DNA from: Rhynchopus sp. YZ270_cl-10
Taxonomy: Eukaryota
Assembly (NCBI GenBank): GCA_964035575.1
Contig: OZ037839.1
Location: 1,860,001-1,924,000, forward strand
DNA: 64,000 nt
Direction: 5' to 3'
Shown here: one piece after another, positions 1 through 10,775 of the stretch
Layout: each line of letters starts with the position of its first letter
How positions within the stretch are numbered: the stretch's first letter is position 1
Notes under the pieces: model-generated
What the model saw: the letters and a program-made list of their open reading frames with translations, nothing else
Databases searched by the model: none
What the model was told of the DNA's origin: nothing
Program-made: the position numbers and the translations under genes

Positions 1-1565
1 ATGACACCAAATTCGTGATTGAGGTGGGTGAGAAGGACACAACGGAGACGATGCGGCAGAAGGTGGCGTCTGCAACAGGGTTGTGCGAAGACAGCTTCCG
101 CATGGGCTTCGGAGGGAAGGAGGAAGGAGAGGACATCACAGAACTGAGTGCTGGAGACACAGTCGTGTTGACGAAAACTACTAAGTACGCATCTGCTGAG
201 GAACTTCGTGCCTTGGGTGAGACAGACATTTCCGAAGCGAGGTTGGCGACTGTGAAGGATCCTGAGGTGGCTTCTCTGCTTCTTCAGGCGGAGGTTGCGA
301 CTGTTATTCCTGCTGGGTTCTTGAACGCAGCATCGTTTACGAGACTTGATCTCTCTGCTGTGTCTGTTGTGACGCAGATTCAGCACAACTTTCTCCACGG
401 GTGTGGGTCGGTGGAAACGGTTGACTTGTCGGGATTGTGCAACGTTACGCACATCGGGAATGACTGTCTCTATCGGTGCCCATCGTTGACAAGCCTTGAC
501 GTGTCAGGGTTCACTGGTGTGACGGTGATAGGGAACTCGTTCCTCCGCGGAAGTGGCATCACAGAGCTTGACTTGTCCGCGATGACGAGCGTGACGACGG
601 TTGGTGAATACTTTCTTCTCAACTGCAAGTCGTTGGAAAGTCTTGACATCTCAGGATGGCGCAGAGTCACGCACATTGAAGACGGCTTCCTCAAGAACTG
701 CACCTCGTTGGCAACCATTGATTTGTCAGCTTTTTGCAGCGTCACGAAGATCGGTTGTGACTTTCTCTTCAACTGCACGTCGTTGACCACCATCAGCTTT
801 TCAGGGATGACCAATGTGACGGACATTGGGAACAGCTTTTGTGCGGACTGCACCTCGTTGGAAAAGATTGATTTGACAGCACTGCACAGGGTTGTGAAGG
901 TGGAGCGCGACTTCCTTTGGAGGTGCACCTCGCTGACAAGTATCGACCTCTCAGCTTTTGCCAGTACCAGAGGCGTTGGGCACAGCTTTCTTGGTCACTG
1001 TTCATCATTGAAAACAGTTGATTTATCAGTGTTGCGCAGCATCGCACGCATTGAGTCAGGTTGGATGCAAAGGTGCTCCGCGTTGACAACAGCAGACTTC
1101 TCAGGACTGAGCAATGTTGAGTTCATTTGTGCACAGTTCCTGCAAGGGTGCACATCCTTGACCACGTTGGACATGTCAGGTATAGGCAGTGACACGCCGA
1201 TCCAGCACCACTTCCTGGACAACTGCAACGCACTCACAACAGTCGTCTTGCCAGGCAACATCGACATTCACGAGATGTCTCTCCCGAATGAATCCCAAAA
1301 GAACCATGGCTTTGGCGTCACGAAGACCTTCCATGCACGTGCGCGTGACATTTACGCAAGGTTTACGGAACAGTTCGGAGGTGTGCGGACAGAAGATCTG
1401 GTACGAACAGACGTGTCTGGAGATGCAAGACAATGTATTGCATTGAAAGCAGGACAAGAAGGAGAAGGTTTGATGCAAGCAGAAGAGGACGAGGACAAGC
1501 AGGAACTGGACAAACAGGAGCATGACAAGCAAGGGCATTTGGAGTGGCGGAGACACGCAGAGTGA
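1..1565 (+). CDS. Ubiquitin-like + LRR (BspA/LRR_5-like, 25-aa repeats) protein, copy 1; 5'-partial
   Basis: Begins inside the shared N-terminus (..DTKFVIEVGEKDTTETMRQKVASATGL..), then CTSLxxIDLS..VTxIGxxFL repeats. The ATG lies upstream of the window. Confidence 0.85.
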   Translation, partial: DTKFVIEVGEKDTTETMRQKVASATGLCEDSFRMGFGGKEEGEDITELSAGDTVVLTKTTKYASAEELRALGETDISEARLATVKDPEVASLLLQAEVATVIPAGFLNAASFTRLDLSAVSVVTQIQHNFLHGCGSVETVDLSGLCNVTHIGNDCLYRCPSLTSLDVSGFTGVTVIGNSFLRGSGITELDLSAMTSVTTVGEYFLLNCKSLESLDISGWRRVTHIEDGFLKNCTSLATIDLSAFCSVTKIGCDFLFNCTSLTTISFSGMTNVTDIGNSFCADCTSLEKIDLTALHRVVKVERDFLWRCTSLTSIDLSAFASTRGVGHSFLGHCSSLKTVDLSVLRSIARIESGWMQRCSALTTADFSGLSNVEFICAQFLQGCTSLTTLDMSGIGSDTPIQHHFLDNCNALTTVVLPGNIDIHEMSLPNESQKNHGFGVTKTFHARARDIYARFTEQFGGVRTEDLVRTDVSGDARQCIALKAGQEGEGLMQAEEDEDKQELDKQEHDKQGHLEWRRHAE

Positions 1566-1990
1566 CGCCGCCAGCTGCGCACTGCTCCCTCGAAGCTGCA
1601 CGACGCACACCCTCACAGGCCACTCCTCCCGCAAGCACTGCAGACAACAGAGCTGGAATCGCTGCTGCACAGCTTACTGGCAGCCCTACAATATCATGAC
1701 ATGTACGACAGTTTGTGTGGAGAGAGGCTTAGGTTGATCTCATAAACATTTCAAGTGCAATACGCGTTTTCGGATGTCACGAGTCTTACTGTTTCCCCTT
1801 CCCCCCTTTTGTGTCTCAGCACCTTACTTTTTCAATATGCGGGTTTTCGAGGGGTTTTTGGGTTTTTGGTTTTTCGGGTTTTTGGGGGGTTCCAAAAACA
1901 AAGAGAAAGGATGGATACGATGAACAAAGAGCAGGACGACAGCAAAATAGAGAACGGGGGCGTGTTTCATTTTTGTTTCACTGTTTCAAG

Positions 1991-2210
1991 GTAACCAAGC
2001 ACGAGTGGCTTTCGTTCATCTTATGAACCTTTCTTTCCATGCACTTGCAACTTATTCCCCAACCGGACGCTCCCATCCAGCAACACCACGCGCAGGTGCT
2101 GAGAGCTCCGTCTTCAACCTGCTGTACACCTTTCCTTCACGCTCTGCTTCAGCGCTTTGTCCATCCTGTCCCATATGCCCGAGGTGGGTAGCAACAGTTT
2201 TCCGTACACG
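1991..2210. repeat. ~220-bp short form of the element at 5669-7250
   Basis: Matches 5669-5697 and 7068-7250 with the internal ~1.37 kb replaced by cttatgaa. Related copies at 10186-10390, 9543/9636 and 12998. Confidence 0.75.
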
Positions 2211-2290
2211 TAGGCTCTGCACTTCCACTGCTGCGCGCATGCTCCTCTCAGACCTCGCAAGGTCCTGCTCATCTCATCGCCACGTACAGT

Positions 2291-3073
2291 GTGGACATCC
2301 GCAGGACCGCCACTGCACGCTTCCCTCTACATCCTTCCCGGGCCTGGCGTCTCACACCACGTAGACGGACACCCCGATGGGAGAGCACACGACAACTTCA
2401 CACTCATGTGGAGTCACCTCACTTCCTCTTCGACTCAAGGACACCTCTATACACGACCACACACATCTGTCTCACATCGTTTTCCACCATACACACGAAG
2501 CTTCCTGGGGAGGATTCGAGGCCAGAGGTGAACTACCTGCACCGCATCCTGAAGGGGAGGGTGGGGACGCAGGAGTTGGCGGTGCGGATCGCAGACTGCA
2601 AGGATGTGTCGCCACGTGAGGTGTACCGCTGTCTCAGCCCAGCGTTGCGTGAGGACAAGGTGTTGCTGCAGAAGCTTGCCCAACGGAGGAGACGCATCGT
2701 CCGTTTCTTCCCATCGCAGCTCTTTGACGATGAGGCCTTCGTGCGAGACGTGGTCCTCCCAGCACCCGGCATCGTCCTCAAGCTTCTTCCCCGCCCCGCA
2801 ACAGATCGGATCCACCCTTCAGTCAGGCGTGACGCCGTCGCGCTTCTGATTGCATCGGGGCACACAATCCCTGCGTTTCTTGCTGATGAGTATGACGACA
2901 CAGTGATGGAGAAGGCGAAGGGAAAGGAGAAGGGTGTGCAGAAGCATGGTGTGCCGATGAGACAGCGCCTCGGTCACCACGAACACTGCTACTGCTGCAC
3001 GAAGGTTGGGGCAAAGCAGGCGCAGGTCATCCGATCCATAAGAATATACCACAAAAAGCTGGAGAAGTCTTAG
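2291..3073 (+). pseudogene. Hypothetical ORF with DUF4116-like helical motifs, no early ATG (possible pseudogene)
   Basis: 260-codon open frame containing LSPALREDKVLLQKLAQ..IVRFFPSQLFDDEAFVRDVV. Starts at GTG; the nearest upstream ATG (2239) is out of frame. Confidence 0.35.
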
Positions 3074-3666
3074 CAGGTTTGCATGAGACTGATGTAAGCA
3101 CACAATCCGGTTCTCGGATGATTTATTGCACTGATTCCATGAAAAGCACGTTTGTGATGCAGACACAGCCCATCTTCAAACCCAACGTGTTCCAGCGCGA
3201 TAACGATGGTGATAAAGATGTGTGCACGAGAGGCACATTCATCTTACAAATTCTCAGTTCTTCTCTTCTTCTTTGCGAAGCGAGTTGTGGTCTGCCGACA
3301 TGAGCTTGTCCTTTTCTGCATTCTTGCCTTCTTTTGCGCCAGGACAAACGTGTTGACACAACTGCAATGTCACTGTCTAGTGAACGGCAAACGAACACGA
3401 TGCTCGAACTGAGCGCCTGCCCCCCACCCCCACAAGTGAGGCGCTTACACTTTGCACACCCCGTCTTCCAGATGACATCTGCAATGCATAAGCCAACGTT
3501 TGCCCCCTTTCAAGCATGATTAAGTTCAGCTTAAACATATTTTCCATTTCTCTGTTCTCACAACCGGCAAGTGAAACAAATAAGAAAGCTATTTTGTTGT
3601 ATCTTGCCTCCCTCCTCCTCCTTCTCAACACTTACCCCACAACAGAGCAACACTTCACTCGAAACA

Positions 3667-5256
3667 ATGGAACTGTGTGTGCAGGGATATGATGATGACA
3701 CCAAATTCGTGATTGAGGTGGGTGAGGGCGACACAACGGAGACGATGCGGCAGAAGGTGGCGTCTGCAACAGGGTTGTGCGAAGACAGCTTCCGCATGGG
3801 CTTCGGAGGGAAGGAGGAAGGAGAGGACATCACAGAACTGAGTGCTGGAGACACAGTCGTGTTGACGAAAACTACTAAGTACCAATCTGTTGAAGCACTT
3901 CGTACCTTGGGTGAGACGGACATTTCCGAAGCGAGGTTGGCGACTGTGAAGGATCCTGAGGTGGCTTCTCTGCTTCTTCAGGCGGAGGTTGCGACTGTTA
4001 TTCCTGCCGGGTTCTTGTGCAGAGCATCGTTTACGAGACTTGATCTCTCTGCTGTGTCTGGGGTGACGCGAATTGAGCCACACTTTCTCTTCAACTGTAC
4101 GTCGGTGGAAACGGTTGACTTGTCGGGATTGTGCAACGTTACGCACATTGGGACTCACTGCCTCTTTAGCTGCACATCGTTGACAAGCCTTGACGTGTCA
4201 GGGTTCACTGCTGTGATGGTGATAGGGGAGTCCTTCCTCCAAGGAAGTGGCGTCACAGAGCTTGACTTATCCGCGATGACGAGTGTGACGACGGTTGGTG
4301 ACTACTTCCTCTCCGAATGCGAGTCGTTGGAAGGTCTTCACATCTCAGGATGGCGCAGAGTCACGCACATTGAGAACAACTTCCTCCATCACTGCACCTC
4401 GTTGGCAACGATTGATTTGTCAGCTTTTTGCAGTGTCACGAAGATCGGCTCGAGCTTTCTCTTCGGCTGCTCGTCGTTGACCACCATCAGCTTTTCAGGG
4501 ATGACCAATGTGACGGGAATTGAGAATGGCTTCTGTGCGGACTGCACCTCGTTGGAAACGATTGACTTATCAGCACTGCACAGGGTTGTGACGGTAGGTA
4601 ACGACTTTCTGAGGAGGTGCACCTCGTTGACAAGTATCGACCTCTCAGTCTTTGGGTGTGCATTCATATGGAGCGGCTTTCTCAGTCACTGCTCATCATT
4701 GCAAACAGTTGATTTATCAGTGTTGCGCAGCATCACGCGCATTGGGCAAAGCTGGCTGCAAGGGTGCTCCGCGTTGACAACAGCAGACTTATCAGGACTG
4801 AGCAATGTTAAGAACATTAATACACAGTTCCTGCAAGATTGCACATCCTTGACCACGCTGGACATGTCAGGTATAGGCTGTGATACGCCGATCGGCAACC
4901 AGTTCCTGGACAACTGCAACGCACTCACAACAATCGTCTTGCCAGGCAACATCGACATTCACGAGATGTCTCTCCCGAATGAAGCCCAAAAGAACCATGG
5001 CACTGGACTCACGAAGATCTTCCATGCACGTGTGCGTGACATTTACGCAAGGTTTACGGAACAGTTCGGAGGTGTGCGGACAGAAGATCTGGTACGAACA
5101 GATGTGTCTGGAGATGCAAGACAATGTATTGCATTGAAAGCAGGACAAGAAGGAGAAGGTTTGATGCAAGCACAAGAGGACGAGGACAAGCAGGAACTGG
5201 ACAAACAGGAGTATGACAAGCAAGGGCATTTGGAATGCCGGAGACACGCAGAGTGA
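3667..5256 (+). CDS. Ubiquitin-like + LRR protein, copy 2
   Basis: ATG in the conserved context gaaacaATGgaactg (MELCVQGYDDD..), intact ORF, paralogue of copy 1. Confidence 0.9.
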   Translation: MELCVQGYDDDTKFVIEVGEGDTTETMRQKVASATGLCEDSFRMGFGGKEEGEDITELSAGDTVVLTKTTKYQSVEALRTLGETDISEARLATVKDPEVASLLLQAEVATVIPAGFLCRASFTRLDLSAVSGVTRIEPHFLFNCTSVETVDLSGLCNVTHIGTHCLFSCTSLTSLDVSGFTAVMVIGESFLQGSGVTELDLSAMTSVTTVGDYFLSECESLEGLHISGWRRVTHIENNFLHHCTSLATIDLSAFCSVTKIGSSFLFGCSSLTTISFSGMTNVTGIENGFCADCTSLETIDLSALHRVVTVGNDFLRRCTSLTSIDLSVFGCAFIWSGFLSHCSSLQTVDLSVLRSITRIGQSWLQGCSALTTADLSGLSNVKNINTQFLQDCTSLTTLDMSGIGCDTPIGNQFLDNCNALTTIVLPGNIDIHEMSLPNEAQKNHGTGLTKIFHARVRDIYARFTEQFGGVRTEDLVRTDVSGDARQCIALKAGQEGEGLMQAQEDEDKQELDKQEYDKQGHLECRRHAE

Positions 5257-5668
5257 CCCTGCCAGCTGCGCAGAGCTGGAATCGCTGCTGCACAGCTTAC
5301 TGGCAGCCCTACAATATCATGACATGTACGACAGTTTGTGTGGAGAGAGGCTTAGGTTGATCTCATAAACATTTCAAGTGCAATACGCGTTTTCGGATGT
5401 CACGAGTCTTACTGTTTCCCCTTCCCCCCTTTTGTGTCTCAGCACCTTACTTTTTCAATATGCGGGTTTTTCGAGTCTTTTGGGTTTTTTTGGGGGTTTC
5501 AAAAATACAGAGAAAGGATGAATACGATGAGCAAAGAGCAGTTGCAAGCAGCTTAGTTACACCTACGTGACATTGCAAGCAGTTGCAAGCAGCTTAAATT
5601 GTTAAGCCTTAATTACACACAGCAAAAAAAAGAACGGGGGTGTGTTTCATTTTGTTTCCTGTTTCAAG

Positions 5669-7250
5669 GTGACCAAGCACGAGAGGCTTACGATCATAAG
5701 AGGAACCTGTCGCTCCCGTCGCCCCTGATCCCCTTTATGACGTCGACGAAGCCACGGCAGCGATGGAGGCATGGCTGAGAGCCACTCTCCGATTGCGTGT
5801 ACGTGCTGGGGGCCGAAGTGGCGTCAGACATGGGGACTGCGAGTTCTGATTCGTCGATGAGGTCCATAGAGAACTCGCTGCCCTGCGATGCGGCGGGCGG
5901 CTGCTCTCTCGGGTGGACGGAAGAGGGAACTGCCTCAGAGGAAGAAGATACGGGGAGGGCTGAGTGGGTGTTTGAGAAGCCACTCTCCGTACCGGTCTGA
6001 GGTTGTGTTGCCCCGTCCGAACCAGGGTGTGTCGCAGAGGCGCCGGGACGGGCAACTGCTTGTGCGACAGGGGGCACCGAGGACGCGACAGGAGTAGGGA
6101 GGGCTGAATGTGTGGTGGAGTAGCCGCTCTCTTGTCCCTGGACGTCTGATGATGCCAGTCTCATGTTGCGTTGCGTCTGTGCCCTCCGCGCCTTTGCAGT
6201 CTCCACTTGGCTGGTCACGCGAGCTTCACGCTGTACCTTCACCAAGTTAATGCTCTTGGGGTCAATCATCTCGTGCGCGCGCGCAATGATCCTCGCCGCG
6301 CATGGCTTGCTGGACACTGGCAGGGCCCGCGGGAGGGAACGACACGGCAGACACACCCAAACTGAGCACTCTCGACACTCCCAATGACGTTCACGACCGA
6401 GGACCGCAGCCGAGCACAGCTCGCATTTCCCGAAATCCGCCCGAGAGTCTTCCAGGGGGCAGTCCAGAAGCCCCTCGCGTGACACACAAGTGAGAGGCGG
6501 CAGGCGCGGGGTCGGTTCATGCATGAGGAGGTACTGCGTCAGCTTCTCGGGGATATTGACCGGCGTGAAGTGACCTGCGGTGCGGCCATCGTGGGCTAGT
6601 GCGAGCACCTGACGGTATCCCACTTCGCCTGAGGGTGAAGACCGACGGTCGATGGCCACCAATGAACACCACCACCAGAGAATGCAGAGCTCGGGCCGCT
6701 AACCGTCACCATGTCAGCCCAAGTGTCAGGACGCGCACACCCAGCGATGCTCATCTGTCGCGCCCATACTCCGACACTTGGTTCAGCGCGAGCCGCTAAG
6801 TCCTCGTCTTGGACCACCTGTGCAATCGCCGCCTGTCTCAGGGACCCCGCACTCCTCCCGCACTGGTACGCCACGGCATCGAAGCAACAGTCGCCCACTG
6901 TGTAGCGGAAATCCGCGGGAACGGAGCACCCGAGGGAGGACAGCTGTAGCGGCAGGGCCGGCGGGGGGTCACATGTCTCCAGCGCCTTGAATGCTGTTGC
7001 AGGGTCTTCGCAGGGAGTGGAGGGTACTTCAAGGGTGGACGGATGGGTGGATTCCTTGCCCGCTTGTCCTTTCTTTCCATGCACTTGCAACTTATTCCCC
7101 AACCGGACGCTCCCATCCAGCCACACCACGCGCAGGTGCTGAGAGATCCGTCTTCAACCTGCTGTACACCTTTCCTTCACGCTCTGCTTCAGCGCTTTGT
7201 CCATCCTGTCCCATATGCCCGAGGTGGGCAGCAACAGTTTTTCGTACACG
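5669..7250 (-). mobile_element. Decayed element encoding a frameshifted OTU-like protease and a ZZ-like zinc finger
   Basis: ORF 6596-7129 has VGDCCFDAVAY..WADMVT; ORF 5694-6662 has GHFTP and CELC..WECRECSVWVCLPC. The ends recur as short copies elsewhere. Confidence 0.55.
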
Positions 7251-7303
7251 CCTCCTCCTTCTCAACACTTACCCCACAACAGAGCAACACTTCACTCGAA
7301 ACA

Positions 7304-9163
7304 ATGGAACTGTGTGTGCAGGGATATGATGATGAAACCAAATTCGTGATTGAGGTGGGTGAGAAGGACACAACGGAGACGATGCGGCAGAAGGTGGCGA
7401 CTGCAACAGGGTTGTGCGAAGACAGCTTCCGCATGGGCTTCGGAGGGAAGGAGGAAGGAGAGGACATCACAGAACTGAGTGCTGGAGACACAGTCGTGTT
7501 GACGAAAACTACTAAGTACCAATCTGTTGAAGCACTTCGTGCCTTGGGTGAGACAGACATTTCCGAAGCGAGGTTGGCGACTGTGAAGGATCCTGAGGTG
7601 GCTTCTCTGCTTCTTCAGGCGGAGGTTGCGACTGTTATCCCTGCCGGGTTCTTGTCGCAAGCATCGTTTACGAGACTTGATCTCTCTGCTGTGTCTGGGG
7701 TGACGCGAATTGAGGACAACTTCCTCTACGGGTGTGCGTCGGTGAAAACCGTTGACTTGTCGGGATTGTGCAACGTTACGCACATTGGCGATGCCTTTCT
7801 CTTGGGCTCCACATCGTTGACAAGCCTTGACGTGTCAGGGTTCACTGCTGTGACGGTGATACCGAAGGCATTCCTCCACGAAAGTGGCGTCACAGAGCTT
7901 GACTTATCCGCGATGACGAGTGTGACGACCGTTGGTACGTACTTTCTTCTCAACTGCAAGTCGTTGCAAAGTCTTAACATCTCAGAATGGCGCAGAGTCA
8001 CGCACATTGCGAATGGCTTCCTCTGGAACTGCACCTCGTTGACAACCATTGATTTGTCAGCCTTTTGCAGTGTCACGAAGATCGGATCCGATTTTCTCCG
8101 CAACTGCACGTCGTTGACCACCATCAGCTTTTCAGGGATGACCAATGTGACGGAACTTACGGACGGCTTTTGTAGGTACTGCACCTCGTTGACAACCATT
8201 GATTTGTCAGCTTTCTGCAGTGTCACGAAGATCGGCTGTGACTTTCTCTTCAACTGCTCGTCGTTGACCACCATCAGCTTTTCAGGGATGACCAATGTGA
8301 CGAAAGTTGGGAACAGCTTTTGTAGGGCCTGCACCTCGTTGGCAACGATTGACTTATCAGCACTGCACAGGGTTTTGAAGGTGGAGTACGACTTTCTTAT
8401 GGGCTGCACCTCGCTGACAAGTATCGACCTCTCAGCTTTTGGAAGTGCCAGAGGCATTGGGCACAGCTTTCTTAGTCAGTGCTCATCATTGAAAACAGTT
8501 GATTTATCAGTGTTGTGCAGCATCACACGCATTGAGTCAGGTTGGATGCAAGGGTGCTCCGCGTTGACAACAGCAGACTTATCAGGACTGAGCAATGTTA
8601 AGAACATTAATACACGGTTCCTGCAAGGGTGCACATCCTTGACCACGCTGGACATGTCAGGTATAGGCAGTGACACAATGATCCAGCATAACTTCCTGGA
8701 CAACTGCAACGCACTCACAACAATCGTCTTGCCAGGCAGCATCGACATTCACGAGATGTCTCTCCCGAATGAAGCCCAAAAGAACCATGGCACTGGCCTC
8801 ACGAAGACCTTCGATGCATGTGTGCGTGACATTTACGCAAGGTTTACGGAACAGTTCGGAGGTGTGCGGACAGAAGATGTAGTGCGAGCAGACGTGTCTG
8901 GAGATGCAAGACAATGTATTGCATTGAGGAGAAGGTTTGATGCAAGCACAAGAGGACGAGGACAAGCAGGAACTGGACGACAAACAGGAGCGTTACAAGC
9001 AAGGGCATTTGGAGGGTTAGGGTCCGGGACAGGCTGCAGCGATGTTGTGTCGAGCACAGTGAGGAACGGCCAGCAGAGGAAGTCAGTGGTTGAAGCCCGT
9101 CCGAAACGCAGTGCGCACCACAGGAGGATTCCCGCAAGTGGCAGAGACGAACACGCAGAGTGA
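7304..9163 (+). CDS. Ubiquitin-like + LRR protein, copy 3 (one extra LRR pair, altered C-terminal frame)
   Basis: ATG at 7304; 150-bp internal duplication; 14-bp deletion near 8926 shifts the frame of the tail. Confidence 0.85.
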   Translation: MELCVQGYDDETKFVIEVGEKDTTETMRQKVATATGLCEDSFRMGFGGKEEGEDITELSAGDTVVLTKTTKYQSVEALRALGETDISEARLATVKDPEVASLLLQAEVATVIPAGFLSQASFTRLDLSAVSGVTRIEDNFLYGCASVKTVDLSGLCNVTHIGDAFLLGSTSLTSLDVSGFTAVTVIPKAFLHESGVTELDLSAMTSVTTVGTYFLLNCKSLQSLNISEWRRVTHIANGFLWNCTSLTTIDLSAFCSVTKIGSDFLRNCTSLTTISFSGMTNVTELTDGFCRYCTSLTTIDLSAFCSVTKIGCDFLFNCSSLTTISFSGMTNVTKVGNSFCRACTSLATIDLSALHRVLKVEYDFLMGCTSLTSIDLSAFGSARGIGHSFLSQCSSLKTVDLSVLCSITRIESGWMQGCSALTTADLSGLSNVKNINTRFLQGCTSLTTLDMSGIGSDTMIQHNFLDNCNALTTIVLPGSIDIHEMSLPNEAQKNHGTGLTKTFDACVRDIYARFTEQFGGVRTEDVVRADVSGDARQCIALRRRFDASTRGRGQAGTGRQTGALQARAFGGLGSGTGCSDVVSSTVRNGQQRKSVVEARPKRSAHHRRIPASGRDEHAE

Positions 9164-10185
9164 CGGCGCCAGCTGCGCACTGCTCCCCTCACAAACCACT
9201 CCTCCCGCAAGCACTGCAGACAACAGAGCTGGAATCGCTGCTGTACAGCTTTCTGGCAGCCCTACAATATCATGACATGTACGACAGTTTGTGTGGAGAG
9301 AGGCTTAGGTTGATCTCATAAACATTTCAAGTGCAATAGGCGTTTTCGGATGTCACGAGTCTTACTGTTTCCCCCTTTTGTGTCTCAGCACCTTACTTTT
9401 TCAATATGCGGGTTTTGGAGGGGTTTTCGGGTCTTTTTGGGGGTTTCAAAAATAAAGAGAAAGGATGGATACGATGAACAAAGAGCAGGACGACAGCAAA
9501 ATGGAGAACGGGGGTGTGTTTCATTTTATTTCACTGTTTCAAGGTGACCAAGCTGCAGAAGCACGCGAGGCTAGGGTTCATATTTTTAACCCCTTTCTTT
9601 TGATGAAGCTGTATGCTGGGAGCCCCTTTCACACAATGCAACTTATTCCCCAACCGGACGCTCCATCACACAGGATTCATGAGCCTGTGTTCGCACTGAT
9701 CCCCGTTTATGTAGCTAATGAGCGGAAGGTGGTTATGGCATATCAGACGTAAAGCACGAAATGGATGCAGGATGGAATGGTTGGGTGTCCACCCTGGTAC
9801 ATCCGGTCATGGTGTTAGGGGGATACCTGGCTGACCTGACTCATGTACCAAGGTACACTGCCACGAGAGGCTTTGTATATCACCTCTACTTTGTTCTAAG
9901 TAAGTGAAAACCGCTTCTGGTGGGAACGGTAGTGAGAGCGCAGAGGAAGCGATGGTGGGAATGCAACGAGCTTTTTTCATGATGTTTTATTCCCCACACA
10001 AAATATCACGCGCAGGGAGTTTTTTTCATGCGTCTGTTGTTCGTTCTTCAGCGACACCTTTTTTTCATATTTTGTCCAGGTGTTCTCGCATCACCCTGAA
10101 CCCGAATTGGGTGTCTCTCACTGTCACCCCCCATCTACCCAGCCGGTCTGCGAGTTCAGTTCGCGCACCTCCTCCAGACCCGGCC

Positions 10186-10390
10186 GAGGCTTACGATCAT
10201 CTTATGAACCTTTCTTTCCATGCACTTGCAACTTATTCCCCAACCGGACGCTCCCATCCAGCCACACCACGCGCAGGTGCTGAGAGCTCCGTCTTCAACC
10301 TGCTGTACACCCTTTCCTTCCCGCTTTGCTTCAGCGCTTTGTCCATCCTGTCCCATATGCCCGAGGTGGGCAGCAACAGTTTTCCGCACG
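10186..10390. repeat. Short form of the 5669-7250 element
   Basis: gaggcttacgatcatcttatgaacctttctttcc...ccgcacg, nearly identical to 2005-2210. Confidence 0.75.
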
Positions 10391-10775
10391 CGACAATTAT
10401 TTGCACTTTCTCGCAAGATGCTGGGAAGACAATTCAAGCTTTGGTGTGGCGATCTGTTTTGTGTAGTTTTGCATTCGGAATGGAGCTAATATATTCTGTC
10501 CACTACTTCCACAACCGTCTGCACAACCACAATCAGTGAATGCCCACAGAGCTGGACAACAGCCGGAGGAGGAGGGATTGTTTTGGAAGGTTTGGTGCAC
10601 AAGTGTGCCCACCGCTTTTTATGAATAACCGTGTCAGCCCAAAGTCTTTTCTTTTTTTTTTTTCAGGGTGAGGATAAGCGAAAAACAAACAAGAAGGCTA
10701 TTTTGTTGTATCTTGCCTCCCTCCTCCTCCTTCTCAACACTTACCCCACAACAGAGCAACACTTCACTCGAAACA

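Noticed and set aside
7043..7303. N-terminal extensions of LRR ORFs from the ORF track (3571, 7043, 10668, 13457, 58920)
   Set aside because: Mostly non-ATG starts running through pyrimidine tracts or repeat DNA; all complete copies share the MELCVQG ATG.
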